A stretch of 64,000 nucleotides of DNA, taken from positions 744,707-808,706 of the forward strand of contig NMRA01000118.1 of NCBI GenBank assembly GCA_002633005.1, in the 5' to 3' direction. The notes beneath the pieces were generated by a model that was not told the DNA's origin, ran no database searches, and worked only from the letters and a program-made list of their open reading frames with translations. The translations under genes were made by a program, and so were the position numbers. This document shows, piece after piece, positions 57,101-64,000 of this stretch. This stretch comes from Phoronis australis. Its lineage: Eukaryota > Animalia > Phoronida. Each line of letters starts with the position of its first letter. Position 1 is the stretch's first letter.

Positions 57101-60100
57101 CACTGTCTAATCTAAAGCGTTTTAAAATAGAATGCACAGTCATCACAGTAGAAAACGAAATCAAAGGGTCAACTGATTAGACTATGCAGGGATTAATCTG
57201 ACGATTCATCAAGGAGATTACGTTTTCTTTTACTAGCTCCGACCTGTTGTAATCGTAGCATAAAGGACGCGTTTATCAACACGGAAAATATGCTTACAGG
57301 CAATAACGCATTTGGTCCGGTCGACTTCAGTGGAACATTGTTCGTGGACTCTGATATTGGGGAAGACTACCTTGGATTGGTGTTTGGGTATCAAAGCAAC
57401 AGGAAGTTTTATGTTGCAATGTGGCGTCGTGGTAACCGCAACTACGGGAATAACAAAGCTGGTATTAAAGGTCTGCAGTTAAAGGTACTACGTGCAATTG
57501 TATTCACGTGATCGGCATCTGCTGCAGTCTGTGCTTGTTTATTTGCATAAAACAGCGGCGAACAGGTTTTATAAGAAACAAAACCACCGTTTGATGAGTT
57601 TTCATTGAATGACCTGAAATGGCCTAATTAGTGCATGTTTTGCTTTCGACTTGCGTAAATGGATAAACAATACTACAATGTGTCATTTTCTACTATTGAT
57701 TTAAAACAATGTGGTATTTCTTAACAAGCTTCGCGGATTATTTTCACTGAAACAATTTAGTGGTTGTAATATTTAAAATCATGGATTAAACATATACCTT
57801 GCAGCAGTCTAGGTAACTTGAAAAGCAATATCCTACGAACCCAATTTCGACAACAGGTAATTTAACGGCATACTCATTATGATAAGAATCAATACCTGAA
57901 TCAATTTACAGTTGGTAAACTCGAACACTGGCCCTGGCTCCTCGTTGGCCGAAGCTCTCTGGCACACTGACGACACCATCAGCCAGGTGTCGCTGCTGTG
58001 GCACGATCCCTTGATGCAGGGATGGCAGTACCGCACACCGTACCGGCTTCGTGTCACGCACAGGCCTTCGGTTGGTCTCATCAGGTTGGTACATGTGAGA
58101 AAAATTTGAGTGCCAGTGCATGCTGCTGTGACAGATTGGCAGGATGTTTACAGGTTATTCTGTTTTCTGTCCGAGATTCTCTACGTCTGAAATCCCTCTC
58201 CAATTGCTCTGAAGACCCAATGCCCGGAGACATTCCTTGCGTAAATTTAATCACTATTACAAATTGGATGCAATAAAACTGTTCCAAACAGATATGGCGA
58301 GCATAATCAAGCTTTTTTCAATTATACAGGCTCGAGGTGGTTCAAGGAGACGGGACTCTGTTAACAAACTCGGGTGATGTGTATGACAATTCAATCGGCG
58401 GTGGCCGTCTGGGAGTGTTTGAGTTTGGACAGAGAGGGGTCACGTGGTCAAATCTGGAATATTCCGTGACTGACCGTGTGAACGATGCACTACAGTTTGA
58501 TGGATCAGACGATTACGTGGAACTGCCGCACATAGTCACCATGCAGCTGGAAGACGGGTGGGTTTAACATTTTCCGTATTGCAGCTTCACAGTAGGTGAT
58601 ACGTTCAATTCTGCGATGTAACTTTCAGAATCCTGAACAATTTAATGCTTATGTCACAAGAATCATTTTGAATTTCTGATAACTGCAAAACACAGACCAT
58701 GCTTTAGTTTACTGGTCATCAAATGCGAACTCGAAATAAGCTGTCATCTATCTAAACCACAATGTATATGTACTTCAGCGTAAAATGAAAACACATACCT
58801 TGAAATCTCACAGAAGTAGAACGGGATATGTCAATAATATTTTCGAGTTCCATTTTGAACAGAAATATTAGACTTTGGGATAATTGGTTTTCTTGACTGT
58901 AGGCCTACCCCTGGTCTGAGTATGGCTTCTGAGTGGGTTGAATACTTACCTTCTGTTGTTCCAAACACAAACGTGCCTCCTCACGAATTGAACACACGTA
59001 GAGCTAATGGCGTGTTGGCGTCTTACAGCTTCACTATGGAAGCCTGGGTGTCACTTCTGCCGTCCTTCCCCATGAACAAAATGCCCATTATATGCACGCT
59101 AGATGGCGCATTGTGCATGTACATAGAAGGACGTAAACTGAAGGCTACGATAGGCAACGTGACCGTGTCAGGGTCGAATGAACTCCCGGAACTGTTCTGG
59201 AGTCATCTTACTGTGAGATATGGTGCGAAAGGTGGGTGGTGACATTTCACTAACTTTACAAGCGTGATTATTGTGTCTTTTAAAAACGGGTCTGCTTTGA
59301 TAATGAGGCAGTTGTTATTTTAACGTCATTCAGTGTAATGTGATCTTTTACATTTGAATTTACATTTCAGCTCAGTCTCTCGCTGTGTTTGTGAATGGCA
59401 CAAATGAAGGGAGCACTGTGACATCCTCAACTGTCATTTGGGTAAGTTGCATCTTGATTAACCATACGAAGTAAACAACGCGTTGCAGATGAATCGAAAG
59501 GTGTCTGTTAAAAAAGAGTGTTTGAATTTCGAAATTGATGTTCAATATCCCGGTTTGATAAGAATCGTAATCTGTTAAATGAAACGTGTCTGAAGCTTAC
59601 TTAGAATAAAAGCATGGCAGTTTTGAGACATCCAGTTGAGGTGTCAAAATATAGAAAAAGCTCAAGTCAAATACTGAAATTTGTTTATTCGAGTTAGCTA
59701 CGTTGCTTCTGTTTCTCACGGACATCAGCTTGGCTAGTAATGTTACTACATGTATATAATCCCGAAGAAAGCCCATTATGTTGTGAAACGGGAAGATCTC
59801 AAGGTCATGGGTTGATTATTTAGTGAAAACTTGTTTTTGGTCAATATAACCTATACATGCCTTAAAAAAGTTAATAGTCTCGTCTGAAAAAAAACATAAA
59901 TATGCTGAAAACCAAACACGTACATTATAACTACCTTATTTTGACTCACTTTACATTGCTCCAGGGCAGGGATACCTCCACAAACGTCACTCGGCTCTAC
60001 ATGGGAAGAGATGAGAATAGTTTCTTTGCTGGATTGATAGATGAAGTAAGTAAAGGTAGACTCAAAGGGCGCAAAATAAGAATTGGAAATGCCTGTTTTG

Positions 60101-60642
60101 TAAATTTTTTTTAGTTACTTAAGAATCATTTATCTGACAAAGGTTTTCGAATTTCGAAAATTCAAGGCCTTTTGGAACCCAATATGGGTTGCTTTAGAAA
60201 AATGAATGGATGTGACACGTACATCTAAGGCGACAAGACAGTGGGTCTTTGGCTCTCCACCAATCTCCAAGTCTGAAAGTGAGCTGGTAACTGAAATATT
60301 ACAAAACTGCTCATAATCTTAAAGCGGTATCGCATTTCCATTGTTATCCAGGTGCGAGTGTACGGTATTTGGATACCAGACAGCGAAATACAAGACCACA
60401 TGCATGAGGTTGGACTCCAACGTCAAGTTCACATGGGCTACATACACGCGCACTATGACATGAATGAAAACACCGGAAACACAAAGTTAAGGGACAGTGG
60501 CGAAATGGGTAACGATGGCGTCATCCACGGAAATCCCTTGTTTGTCGAGAGTTTGTCCGAGATAGGAAGGTTTCAGCTGACGTATCCAAACAATAGGAGA
60601 AGGCGGCGGAGAGGTGTATTCACTGTTCACGAAGAACTTTAA
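1..60642 (+). CDS. Multi-exon gene (5'-partial) for a giant thrombospondin-superfamily mosaic protein (mega-thrombospondin-like): LRR-FN3-fibro-slime/PA14-cadherin-discoidin-Cys-rich-EGF-TSP3-TSP_C-LamG
   Basis: 44 exons spliced by hand with GT..AG boundaries. Reading phases are compatible at every junction except 18066/20034, which spans the N gap. Domain motifs run across the junctions. Ends at TAA 60640-60642. Confidence 0.92.
15..575. repeat. 265-bp tandem duplication, probably an assembly overlap
   Basis: 15-279 matches 311-575; an N at 280 separates them and 300-310 is a noisy copy of 1-14. Confidence 0.85.
1499..1648 (+). CDS. LRR exon
   Basis: acceptor tttacag; [49 protein letters not shown]; donor gtaagt. 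Confidence 0.9.
2985..4453. repeat. 179-bp direct repeat flanking the LINE (2985-3163 and 4275-4453)
   Basis: Same sequence tcacctacatg...ccccgaatatt on both sides; the ORF track gives the same peptide twice. Confidence 0.92.
3164..4274 (-). mobile_element. 5'-truncated L1/Tx1-like non-LTR retrotransposon (ORF2 C-terminus, zf-RVT)
   Basis: ORF 3276-4265 carries [22 protein letters not shown] and [18 protein letters not shown]; AATAAA and poly(A) tail (poly-T at 3162-3184 on +); flanked by a direct repeat. Confidence 0.92.
4537..4803. mobile_element. MITE (hAT-like), related copy at ~37702-38010
   Basis: Imperfect TIR cacgcacgcatccagg / ccggggtgtgcgcatg with ctttt on both flanks; shares gagccccatttgg...agtccactaaaa with 37702-38010. 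Confidence 0.55.
5198..5227. repeat. (TG)n microsatellite
   Basis: interrupted gtgtgt run. Confidence 0.7.
5331..5474 (+). CDS. LRR exon
   Basis: acceptor tttgcag; [48 protein letters not shown]; donor gtgagt. Confidence 0.93.
6050..6196 (+). CDS. LRR exon
   Basis: acceptor tttttgcag; [48 protein letters not shown]; donor gtaagt. Confidence 0.9.
6969..7700. repeat. Long inverted repeat / foldback element
   Basis: ~6969-7296 is the reverse complement of ~7374-7700; the peptide [16 protein letters not shown] appears on both strands. Confidence 0.9.
8242..8385 (+). CDS. LRR exon
   Basis: acceptor tttcag; [48 protein letters not shown]; donor gtaagt. Confidence 0.92.
11065..11253 (+). CDS. 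LRR exon
   Basis: acceptor ttccag; [62 protein letters not shown]; donor gtataa, phase matches next exon. Confidence 0.88.
11687..11842 (+). CDS. LRR exon
   Basis: acceptor tttcag; [52 protein letters not shown]; donor gtaagt. Confidence 0.92.
11962..12171 (+). CDS. LRR exon
   Basis: acceptor ttttcag; [15 protein letters not shown]...LSNNGL...[23 protein letters not shown]; donor gtaagt. Confidence 0.92.
12897..16036 (+). mobile_element. Academ-like DNA transposon, decayed
   Basis: Perfect 16-bp TIR TAGTCGGTGGGCCAGA extended by imperfect subterminal IRs; 3-bp TSD TGG (12894-96 / 16037-39); relic KDL..EAKYHR.CY near 14570. Confidence 0.8.
16873..17016 (+). CDS. LRR exon
   Basis: acceptor attcaag; [48 protein letters not shown]; donor gtgagt. 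Confidence 0.92.
17857..18066 (+). CDS. LRR exon
   Basis: acceptor tcctag; [69 protein letters not shown]; donor gtgagt; absent from the ORF track. Confidence 0.93.
18927..19424. mobile_element. DINE-1/Helentron-like non-autonomous element with (GTCC)n, truncated by the gap
   Basis: Starts tttttatgcgccc with a short hairpin, then a gtccgtccgtcc microsatellite and internal repeated atgaaatttgg / ctagtggc motifs. Confidence 0.55.
19425..19793. other. Assembly gap (369 N)
   Basis: run of n. Confidence 0.99.
20034..20145 (+). CDS. FN3-like domain, first half
   Basis: acceptor ttttacag; [36 protein letters not shown]; donor gtgagt; tg+g joins in frame to WTYHVTC. Confidence 0.82.
21453..21670 (+). 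CDS. FN3-like domain, second half
   Basis: acceptor tttcag; TYHVTC...[31 protein letters not shown] (FN3 tyrosine-corner pattern); donor gttggt. Confidence 0.88.
23359..23635 (+). CDS. Fibro-slime/PA14 domain exon 1
   Basis: acceptor ttccag; [16 protein letters not shown]...[16 protein letters not shown]; donor gtaagc. Confidence 0.88.
23934..24029 (+). CDS. Fibro-slime/PA14 domain exon 2
   Basis: acceptor tttcag; [32 protein letters not shown]; donor gtaatt. Confidence 0.9.
24391..24560 (+). CDS. Fibro-slime/PA14 domain exon 3
   Basis: acceptor ccatag; [37 protein letters not shown]; donor gtacct. Confidence 0.9.
25712..25809 (+). CDS. Fibro-slime/PA14 domain exon 4 (insert)
   Basis: acceptor ttttttcag; [32 protein letters not shown]; donor gtatat; phases 1->0 fit both neighbours. 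Confidence 0.8.
26455..26775. repeat. Degenerate minisatellite (~55-60-bp unit)
   Basis: six recurrences of a tattaatatagagg(g)ccc-like core. Confidence 0.75.
27021..31911 (-). mobile_element. Academ (AcademX-like) DNA transposon with a pseudogenised transposase/XPG/Cys-finger ORF
   Basis: TIR TA(T/G)TCCAGT(C/A)ATTCTA plus subterminal IRs; 3-bp TSD ATA (27018-20 / 31912-14). Minus-strand relics: [80 protein letters not shown]. Confidence 0.88.
32000..32069. mobile_element. ~70-bp mini inverted-repeat element (copies at 43972-44044 and, inverted, 52619-52692)
   Basis: CATGGG(C/T)GGCG...CGCCGCCCATG termini and a shared core ctatagccc...ttcagtgctgcg. Confidence 0.7.
32458..32689 (+). CDS. End of PA14 domain / start of cadherin-like repeat 1
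   Basis: acceptor caacag; [27 protein letters not shown]...DYIVNVRED; donor gtatgg. Confidence 0.9.
32873..33001 (+). CDS. Cadherin-like repeat 1 with Ser/Thr/Pro insert
   Basis: acceptor ttccag; [43 protein letters not shown]; donor gtaggc. Confidence 0.85.
33488..35155. mobile_element. Kolobok DNA transposon, internal-deletion derivative
   Basis: TTAA TSDs (33484-87, 35156-59); AGG..CCT ends; ~130-bp near-perfect TIRs. + strand: THAP domain (CCVPGC..HRFP..W..VCGKHF) and transposase N-terminus (LELFRRC..WEC..GH..W). - strand: [21 protein letters not shown]. Confidence 0.88.
35490..35674 (+). CDS. Cadherin-like repeat 1 (LDYE)
   Basis: acceptor tttttcag; ...[22 protein letters not shown]...ITIK; donor gtaaaa. 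Confidence 0.92.
35970..36333 (-). mobile_element. Penelope-like element GIY-YIG endonuclease fragment
   Basis: VVYEFVCP...[17 protein letters not shown]...AIQDH...[17 protein letters not shown]. Confidence 0.8.
36760..37015 (-). mobile_element. Second, more decayed Penelope-like GIY-YIG fragment
   Basis: SGMVYQ...[13 protein letters not shown]. Confidence 0.5.
37450..37619 (+). CDS. Cadherin linker and repeat 2
   Basis: acceptor ttgtag; [11 protein letters not shown] (DxNDN)...[16 protein letters not shown]; donor gtaagg. Confidence 0.93.
38417..38670 (+). CDS. Cadherin-like repeat 2 C-half plus linker
   Basis: acceptor ttttag; ...[27 protein letters not shown]...IPGYWVYDF; donor gtgagt. 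Confidence 0.88.
38829..39246 (-). mobile_element. Non-autonomous THAP-type DNA transposon (ISL2EU/Harbinger-like)
   Basis: TIR agggtcgtcccgaattacatggcgaca / tgtcgcttcttaactcggggttgccct flanked by (tta)at..at(taa); THAP-like start [15 protein letters not shown]. Confidence 0.6.
40703..40816 (+). CDS. Discoidin (F5/8 type C) exon 1
   Basis: acceptor ttgtag; [34 protein letters not shown]; donor gtaaac. Confidence 0.93.
42007..42218 (+). CDS. Discoidin exon 2
   Basis: acceptor ctgcag; [46 protein letters not shown]; donor gttagt. Confidence 0.93.
42657..42813 (+). CDS. Discoidin exon 3
   Basis: acceptor ctgcag; [45 protein letters not shown]; donor gtaagt. Confidence 0.94.
42923..43092 (+). 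CDS. Cys-rich (TNFR/GCC2-GCC3-like) exon
   Basis: acceptor ccccag; [23 protein letters not shown]...CSACPNGW; donor gtatgt. Confidence 0.9.
43337..43499 (+). CDS. Cys-rich exon
   Basis: acceptor ttttcag; RCEKGYA...[25 protein letters not shown]; donor gtaagg. Confidence 0.9.
44926..45141 (+). CDS. Ephrin-receptor-like Cys repeats and start of EGF
   Basis: acceptor atacag; [25 protein letters not shown]...[10 protein letters not shown]; donor gtaagt. Confidence 0.92.
45653..45774 (+). CDS. EGF exon
   Basis: acceptor ttttag; [22 protein letters not shown]; donor gtacat. Confidence 0.92.
48058..48302. repeat. Minisatellite, ~17-bp unit (ggagtagtggaccttc)
   Basis: more than 10 tandem degenerate units. 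Confidence 0.9.
48635..48883 (+). CDS. Calcium-binding EGF exon
   Basis: acceptor ttccag; [27 protein letters not shown]...[24 protein letters not shown]; donor gtgagt. Confidence 0.94.
50511..50654 (+). CDS. EGF exon
   Basis: acceptor tttacag; [20 protein letters not shown]...[18 protein letters not shown]; donor gtaatc. Confidence 0.92.
50960..51049 (+). CDS. EGF end / first TSP type 3 repeat
   Basis: acceptor ttttgcag; [30 protein letters not shown]; donor gtaagc. Confidence 0.93.
51435..51542 (+). CDS. TSP type 3 repeats
   Basis: [36 protein letters not shown]. Confidence 0.95.
51818..51977 (+). CDS. TSP type 3 repeats
   Basis: [26 protein letters not shown]...[11 protein letters not shown]. 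Confidence 0.94.
53432..53612 (+). CDS. TSP type 3 repeats
   Basis: [26 protein letters not shown]...GVGDAC; donor gtgagg. Confidence 0.95.
53993..54078 (+). CDS. TSP type 3 repeats
   Basis: [28 protein letters not shown]; donor gtatga. Confidence 0.93.
54309..54404 (+). CDS. TSP type 3 repeats
   Basis: [32 protein letters not shown]; donor gtgagg. Confidence 0.93.
56727..56957 (+). CDS. Last type 3 repeat / start of TSP C-terminal lectin domain
   Basis: [19 protein letters not shown]...ISNTNF...[15 protein letters not shown]. Confidence 0.94.
57300..57484 (+). CDS. TSP C-terminal domain
   Basis: [35 protein letters not shown]. Confidence 0.95.
57912..58084 (+). CDS. TSP C-terminal domain
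   Basis: [19 protein letters not shown]...[12 protein letters not shown]...[15 protein letters not shown]. Confidence 0.95.
58330..58557 (+). CDS. TSP C-terminal end / start of LamG
   Basis: [32 protein letters not shown], then [14 protein letters not shown]. Confidence 0.95.
59029..59231 (+). CDS. Laminin-G/ConA-like domain
   Basis: acceptor ttacag; FTMEAWV...FWSHLTVRY; donor gtgggt. Confidence 0.92.
59371..59441 (+). CDS. LamG exon
   Basis: acceptor tttcag; [23 protein letters not shown]; donor gtaagt. Confidence 0.9.
59965..60045 (+). CDS. LamG exon
   Basis: acceptor ctccag; [17 protein letters not shown]; donor gtaagt. Confidence 0.92.
60352..60642 (+). CDS. Terminal coding exon (LamG end, poly-Arg, HEEL)
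   Basis: acceptor atccag; VRVYG...HYDMNE...[15 protein letters not shown]-stop. Confidence 0.93.
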   Translation: MRVYGIWIPDSEIQDHMHEVGLQRQVHMGYIHAHYDMNENTGNTKLRDSGEMGNDGVIHGNPLFVESLSEIGRFQLTYPNNRRRRRRGVFTVHEEL

Positions 60643-61001
60643 TTGGGAATGTATTAGGAAATACATGATGTGTCTTTTATGCTGTAGGTTATCCATTTTC
60701 ACGTACCTGGGCTGTGTTTCTCAGACACAAGATTCCGAAATCTTCGCGACCATGTATTAAAATTGAAGCACGTGATCACACTAACTAGCTTAGGTCGACG
60801 CTAGGAACCAAAATGGTTTCTAGGTCGACCAAACGCTGCCCTGTTATGCGCGCAGTTATTTGGCAACAATTGAAATTAATATTTCTTGATTTTGAAATAA
60901 TCCAATGCATTTCTTTTGCTTAGGTGATATAGTGGGTTCTTGTCTCGAAAATCGCCTTGAAACCAGGTTCACTGTCAGAAACAGGTCGGACAGTGATGAG
61001 T

Positions 61002-61007
61002 AATAAA
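61002..61007 (+). promoter_or_regulatory. Candidate polyadenylation signal AATAAA
   Basis: First AATAAA I found downstream of the stop (an ATTAAA lies at 60756); inferred from position only. Confidence 0.3.
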
Positions 61008-63430
61008 GATAATTTACATGTACATATTTCCGGGGCACTACAAAAGCGGCACGACAGGAACTTTTGGACCCACTGTATCTGCAACTGGATGTCAATACAG
61101 TTTGCCGTGCGACATTTATGCCATTGCGGTTTTGGTATTTGTACAGTAAGATGGCTATTATTGCTGAGGACTCTCTGGATTCGTAACATGAAGGCCGCAT
61201 CTCTATAAACATGTAACAAATCAAGCAAAACACCACTTACTAGGTTTTAACTTAAATGCTTTCAATCATTCTAAAGCAGCACTGAATTTTGTTCTACCGC
61301 CACAAACTACACTGCTGGGCCCTGTTTCTAATCTCCGAACTCATACCCAATCTTCGAGAGGTAGGCTTTCTACTAAAGAGATTGTGATCTTCGATATCAC
61401 TAAAATTTTGATGAATGGTTTCAAGCGTGTGTATGCAACCATTGTTCTAAACGAAAAATTATTAGTTGTCTGGAGACATTAATATAAATCATGATACAAA
61501 TCCTACGCTAACATTTGGGGCTTTGTTACCCAACGCCTCAGCGAGCATAAGCCAGATGGACTAACCAGTCCTAATCCATTCACAAATTAATGCTCGTGGC
61601 TTAGCCGTGATGCTGAAGAAAATCTATTCACAAATGTCTCTTATAATGCCTCGATTTTAAAAATTCAAAGAATGTTTTAACATTCTTTGAAAGTAAATTT
61701 AAAAATTTACTTTCAATTTCAAAAACAGTCATGTTGGTCGTTTGCCTTACTTATTGTTCGTTTTTTACTCTGAAACTTGTACGCTAAACAGACGTGTTGG
61801 TTTAAGACCGCAATTATCTCACCCAGCACGTTACGCCAAACAAGTGACTAGTGAGTAGCTTCCTTCAATCCGTGACGGCGCCATCAAACTTCGCTGGAAA
61901 CTCTGGAGTAAACGGTGCACGCTCTCTTGTCCATTTGCGTGCAAATCTTATTAGCGTAATATTTGCCTAATGGAATGCAAAAGCGCTTTCTCTCAGAAAA
62001 TTTGTGTGAAGTAGCATTCGCCGCAAATTCTCGTAAGCTCCAAGAAGGTCAGATGAGAAGGTACAGTAGTTACGCCATTCTCAAGTTCAAGTGCCAATTT
62101 TTCTGCTCCGGTGATCTCAATGTCCTGCTTCCGCATTGTCCATTGTCTGTTTTCGTGAGGAGTATGTACAAATTCAGTGTTTCCCTGAGAAATTAGTAAC
62201 GGGATTGTTAATTTCATGCCTGTATGTAATTACTTTTCAATGACGCTTTTCTCACTTTGCTGGTTATCTGTTTCAGCGTCTAAAGGGTTGTAAACTGTAT
62301 TTTTAAAAACTGTTTTTGAGGCGTCTCATTGTACAAATGTCAACCACAGATAGAAGAACGGGCACTGAACGTTCACAAAGTGTACTTGTATGTGTATGGT
62401 ATTACTTAAATGTTGTTGTAAATGAAATTAATTTGTTTACTTGTGTGTCATTCGTACAACAGTATTCGCCTGCGATTGTTGCCAGTATCAGAAATTAATA
62501 TAGTGAATGGTACATTCGAAAATGAAATTGATTGTATCAATGATTTAACAATGCTGTGTAATCTATATCAAAGACTAAAGAAAGACGCAAATCTATTGTC
62601 CATGTATATAAGTTGTGCTCAAATGTACATACTTGCTGATATTTTATTATTTGTAATGTGGGACAGTGACCTTGTTACAAGAAGCTTGGAGATAAGGAAT
62701 ATTCGCGGTATTATTTTTGCGCTAATCATTATCCACTGTCACTGGGTGGATACACCTATGGTTCGGTGTAGGCGGTGTTTCACCAGAGCCCTCTACTCGC
62801 ACTGAATGTTTTACCATGTTCGCTGATGTAGCAGATTCAATGTAGAGTTTCCAGACATGTTCCACATTTGATGGTTGATAAGTGTTAAAGAGGCATGGAA
62901 CGCGAAAACTCGTCAAAAATATCTTTTAAATTTTTGACGAAAGTATCTTCTCGCAACCACTAGTACAGAGTAATTCACTTTCCCCTGTTAGGAAATTTCC
63001 AGAAAAATCACAAAATTCACGATTTTTAAAATACGCGCGGAGGAAAAACTGTGGTTACCACAATGTCTCTAATCTCCCTCCCACTTATGATAAATGCACG
63101 CATGCTCTTACGGTAAGTTGCTTGAAGTCGCTTGAGGTCAAAGGTCACATTTCCAGATGAGGGAAATGTGCTTAGTTTATGTCTTGCCATACCAAATAAG
63201 GAGACGGGCTTTGCCTTGCGTGAGAAAAATCGGCGGAGTGGCGAGCAATTAGTTGACAGGTCCTTTTTCGAAATTAGAAACTAAAAGTAAATGACTTGAT
63301 ATGAACAGAAATTACAAATCTTTACGAACAAACACTAAAAATACCTAGGGAGCAGGCTGAATTGTGTTTCAGTGGCTGAGAATCACTTTCAGTATTGCTA
63401 TTTAATCTGTTTATAGCGTTCCAGGCCTCT

Positions 63431-63635
63431 TTAACGAGTACGGGGTTTTGAAGATTTGTGATTAGTGTAATCGGGTACTAATGTATAGTCCGGATACATA
63501 TAGTCGTCAGGCTCCAAAGGTCGTCCGCCATCTTCTTTCGCGTGCAGCACAGCCACGCGGGACTTAGCGTTCCAATTTGGAGTGCTCGTCTGCACGTTAG
63601 GTACTAACCTCTCGGGAGAAATGCGCATAGAAGAA
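63431..63635 (-). CDS. Possible terminal exon of a convergent neighbouring gene
   Basis: Minus-strand acceptor ttttagtctcag; open frame to TAA with DDYMYPDYTLVPDY; GC higher than flanks; no family recognised. Confidence 0.3.
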
Positions 63636-64000
63636 CTGAGACTAAAATTAATGCATTTACGGGACCACTTAAAAACTTGTAGATTTTACTAATGCACTTT
63701 TTTGTTCATTTTCAGAAGATATATTCGAAATTAAATTTTCTTCAGACGGAACAAAAAACAACTCAGAGATTGTTTATGCAATGTATCTATTTGTCCCAGG
63801 CACTAACCGACACCCGTTAGGTCAAAGGAAAAACGCAGCAGACAAATGGAACACGCTGGGTGCTTAACAGTTACGGCCCACGCCTTGGTCATCAAAATAT
63901 TGTCCACTTGTTTTTTATTGCAAAACAAACTACTGAGCTCAACATTTATGTTGAAATTTTTGGTTAAAGCATTTTGAATTATATTTGAAGAAAATTAAAA

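Overview
Eukaryotic, AT-rich invertebrate genomic DNA; the species cannot be determined from the sequence alone. Almost the whole window (<1..60642, + strand) is one intron-rich gene. I read 44 coding exons with GT..AG boundaries, about 7.3 kb of CDS or ~2,400 aa. The 5' end lies upstream of the window, and at least one exon is lost in an N gap. The product is a giant mosaic extracellular thrombospondin-superfamily protein (mega-thrombospondin-like): LRR array - [LRRCT missing] - FN3 - fibro-slime/PA14 - 2 cadherin-like - discoidin (F5/8C) - Cys-rich TNFR/ephrin-receptor-like repeats - EGFs - TSP type 3 repeats - TSP C-terminal lectin - laminin-G/ConA - RRRRRR...HEEL-stop. The introns hold many transposon relics: a 5'-truncated L1/Tx1-like LINE flanked by a 179-bp direct repeat, two Academ DNA transposons with 3-bp TSDs, a TTAA-flanked Kolobok derivative (THAP plus a P2X7-ballast-like ORF), Penelope GIY-YIG fragments, a ~330-bp-arm foldback, MITEs and minisatellites. 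TACATGTA is strongly over-represented and looks like a Tc1/mariner excision footprint. No rRNA, tRNA or CRISPR was seen.
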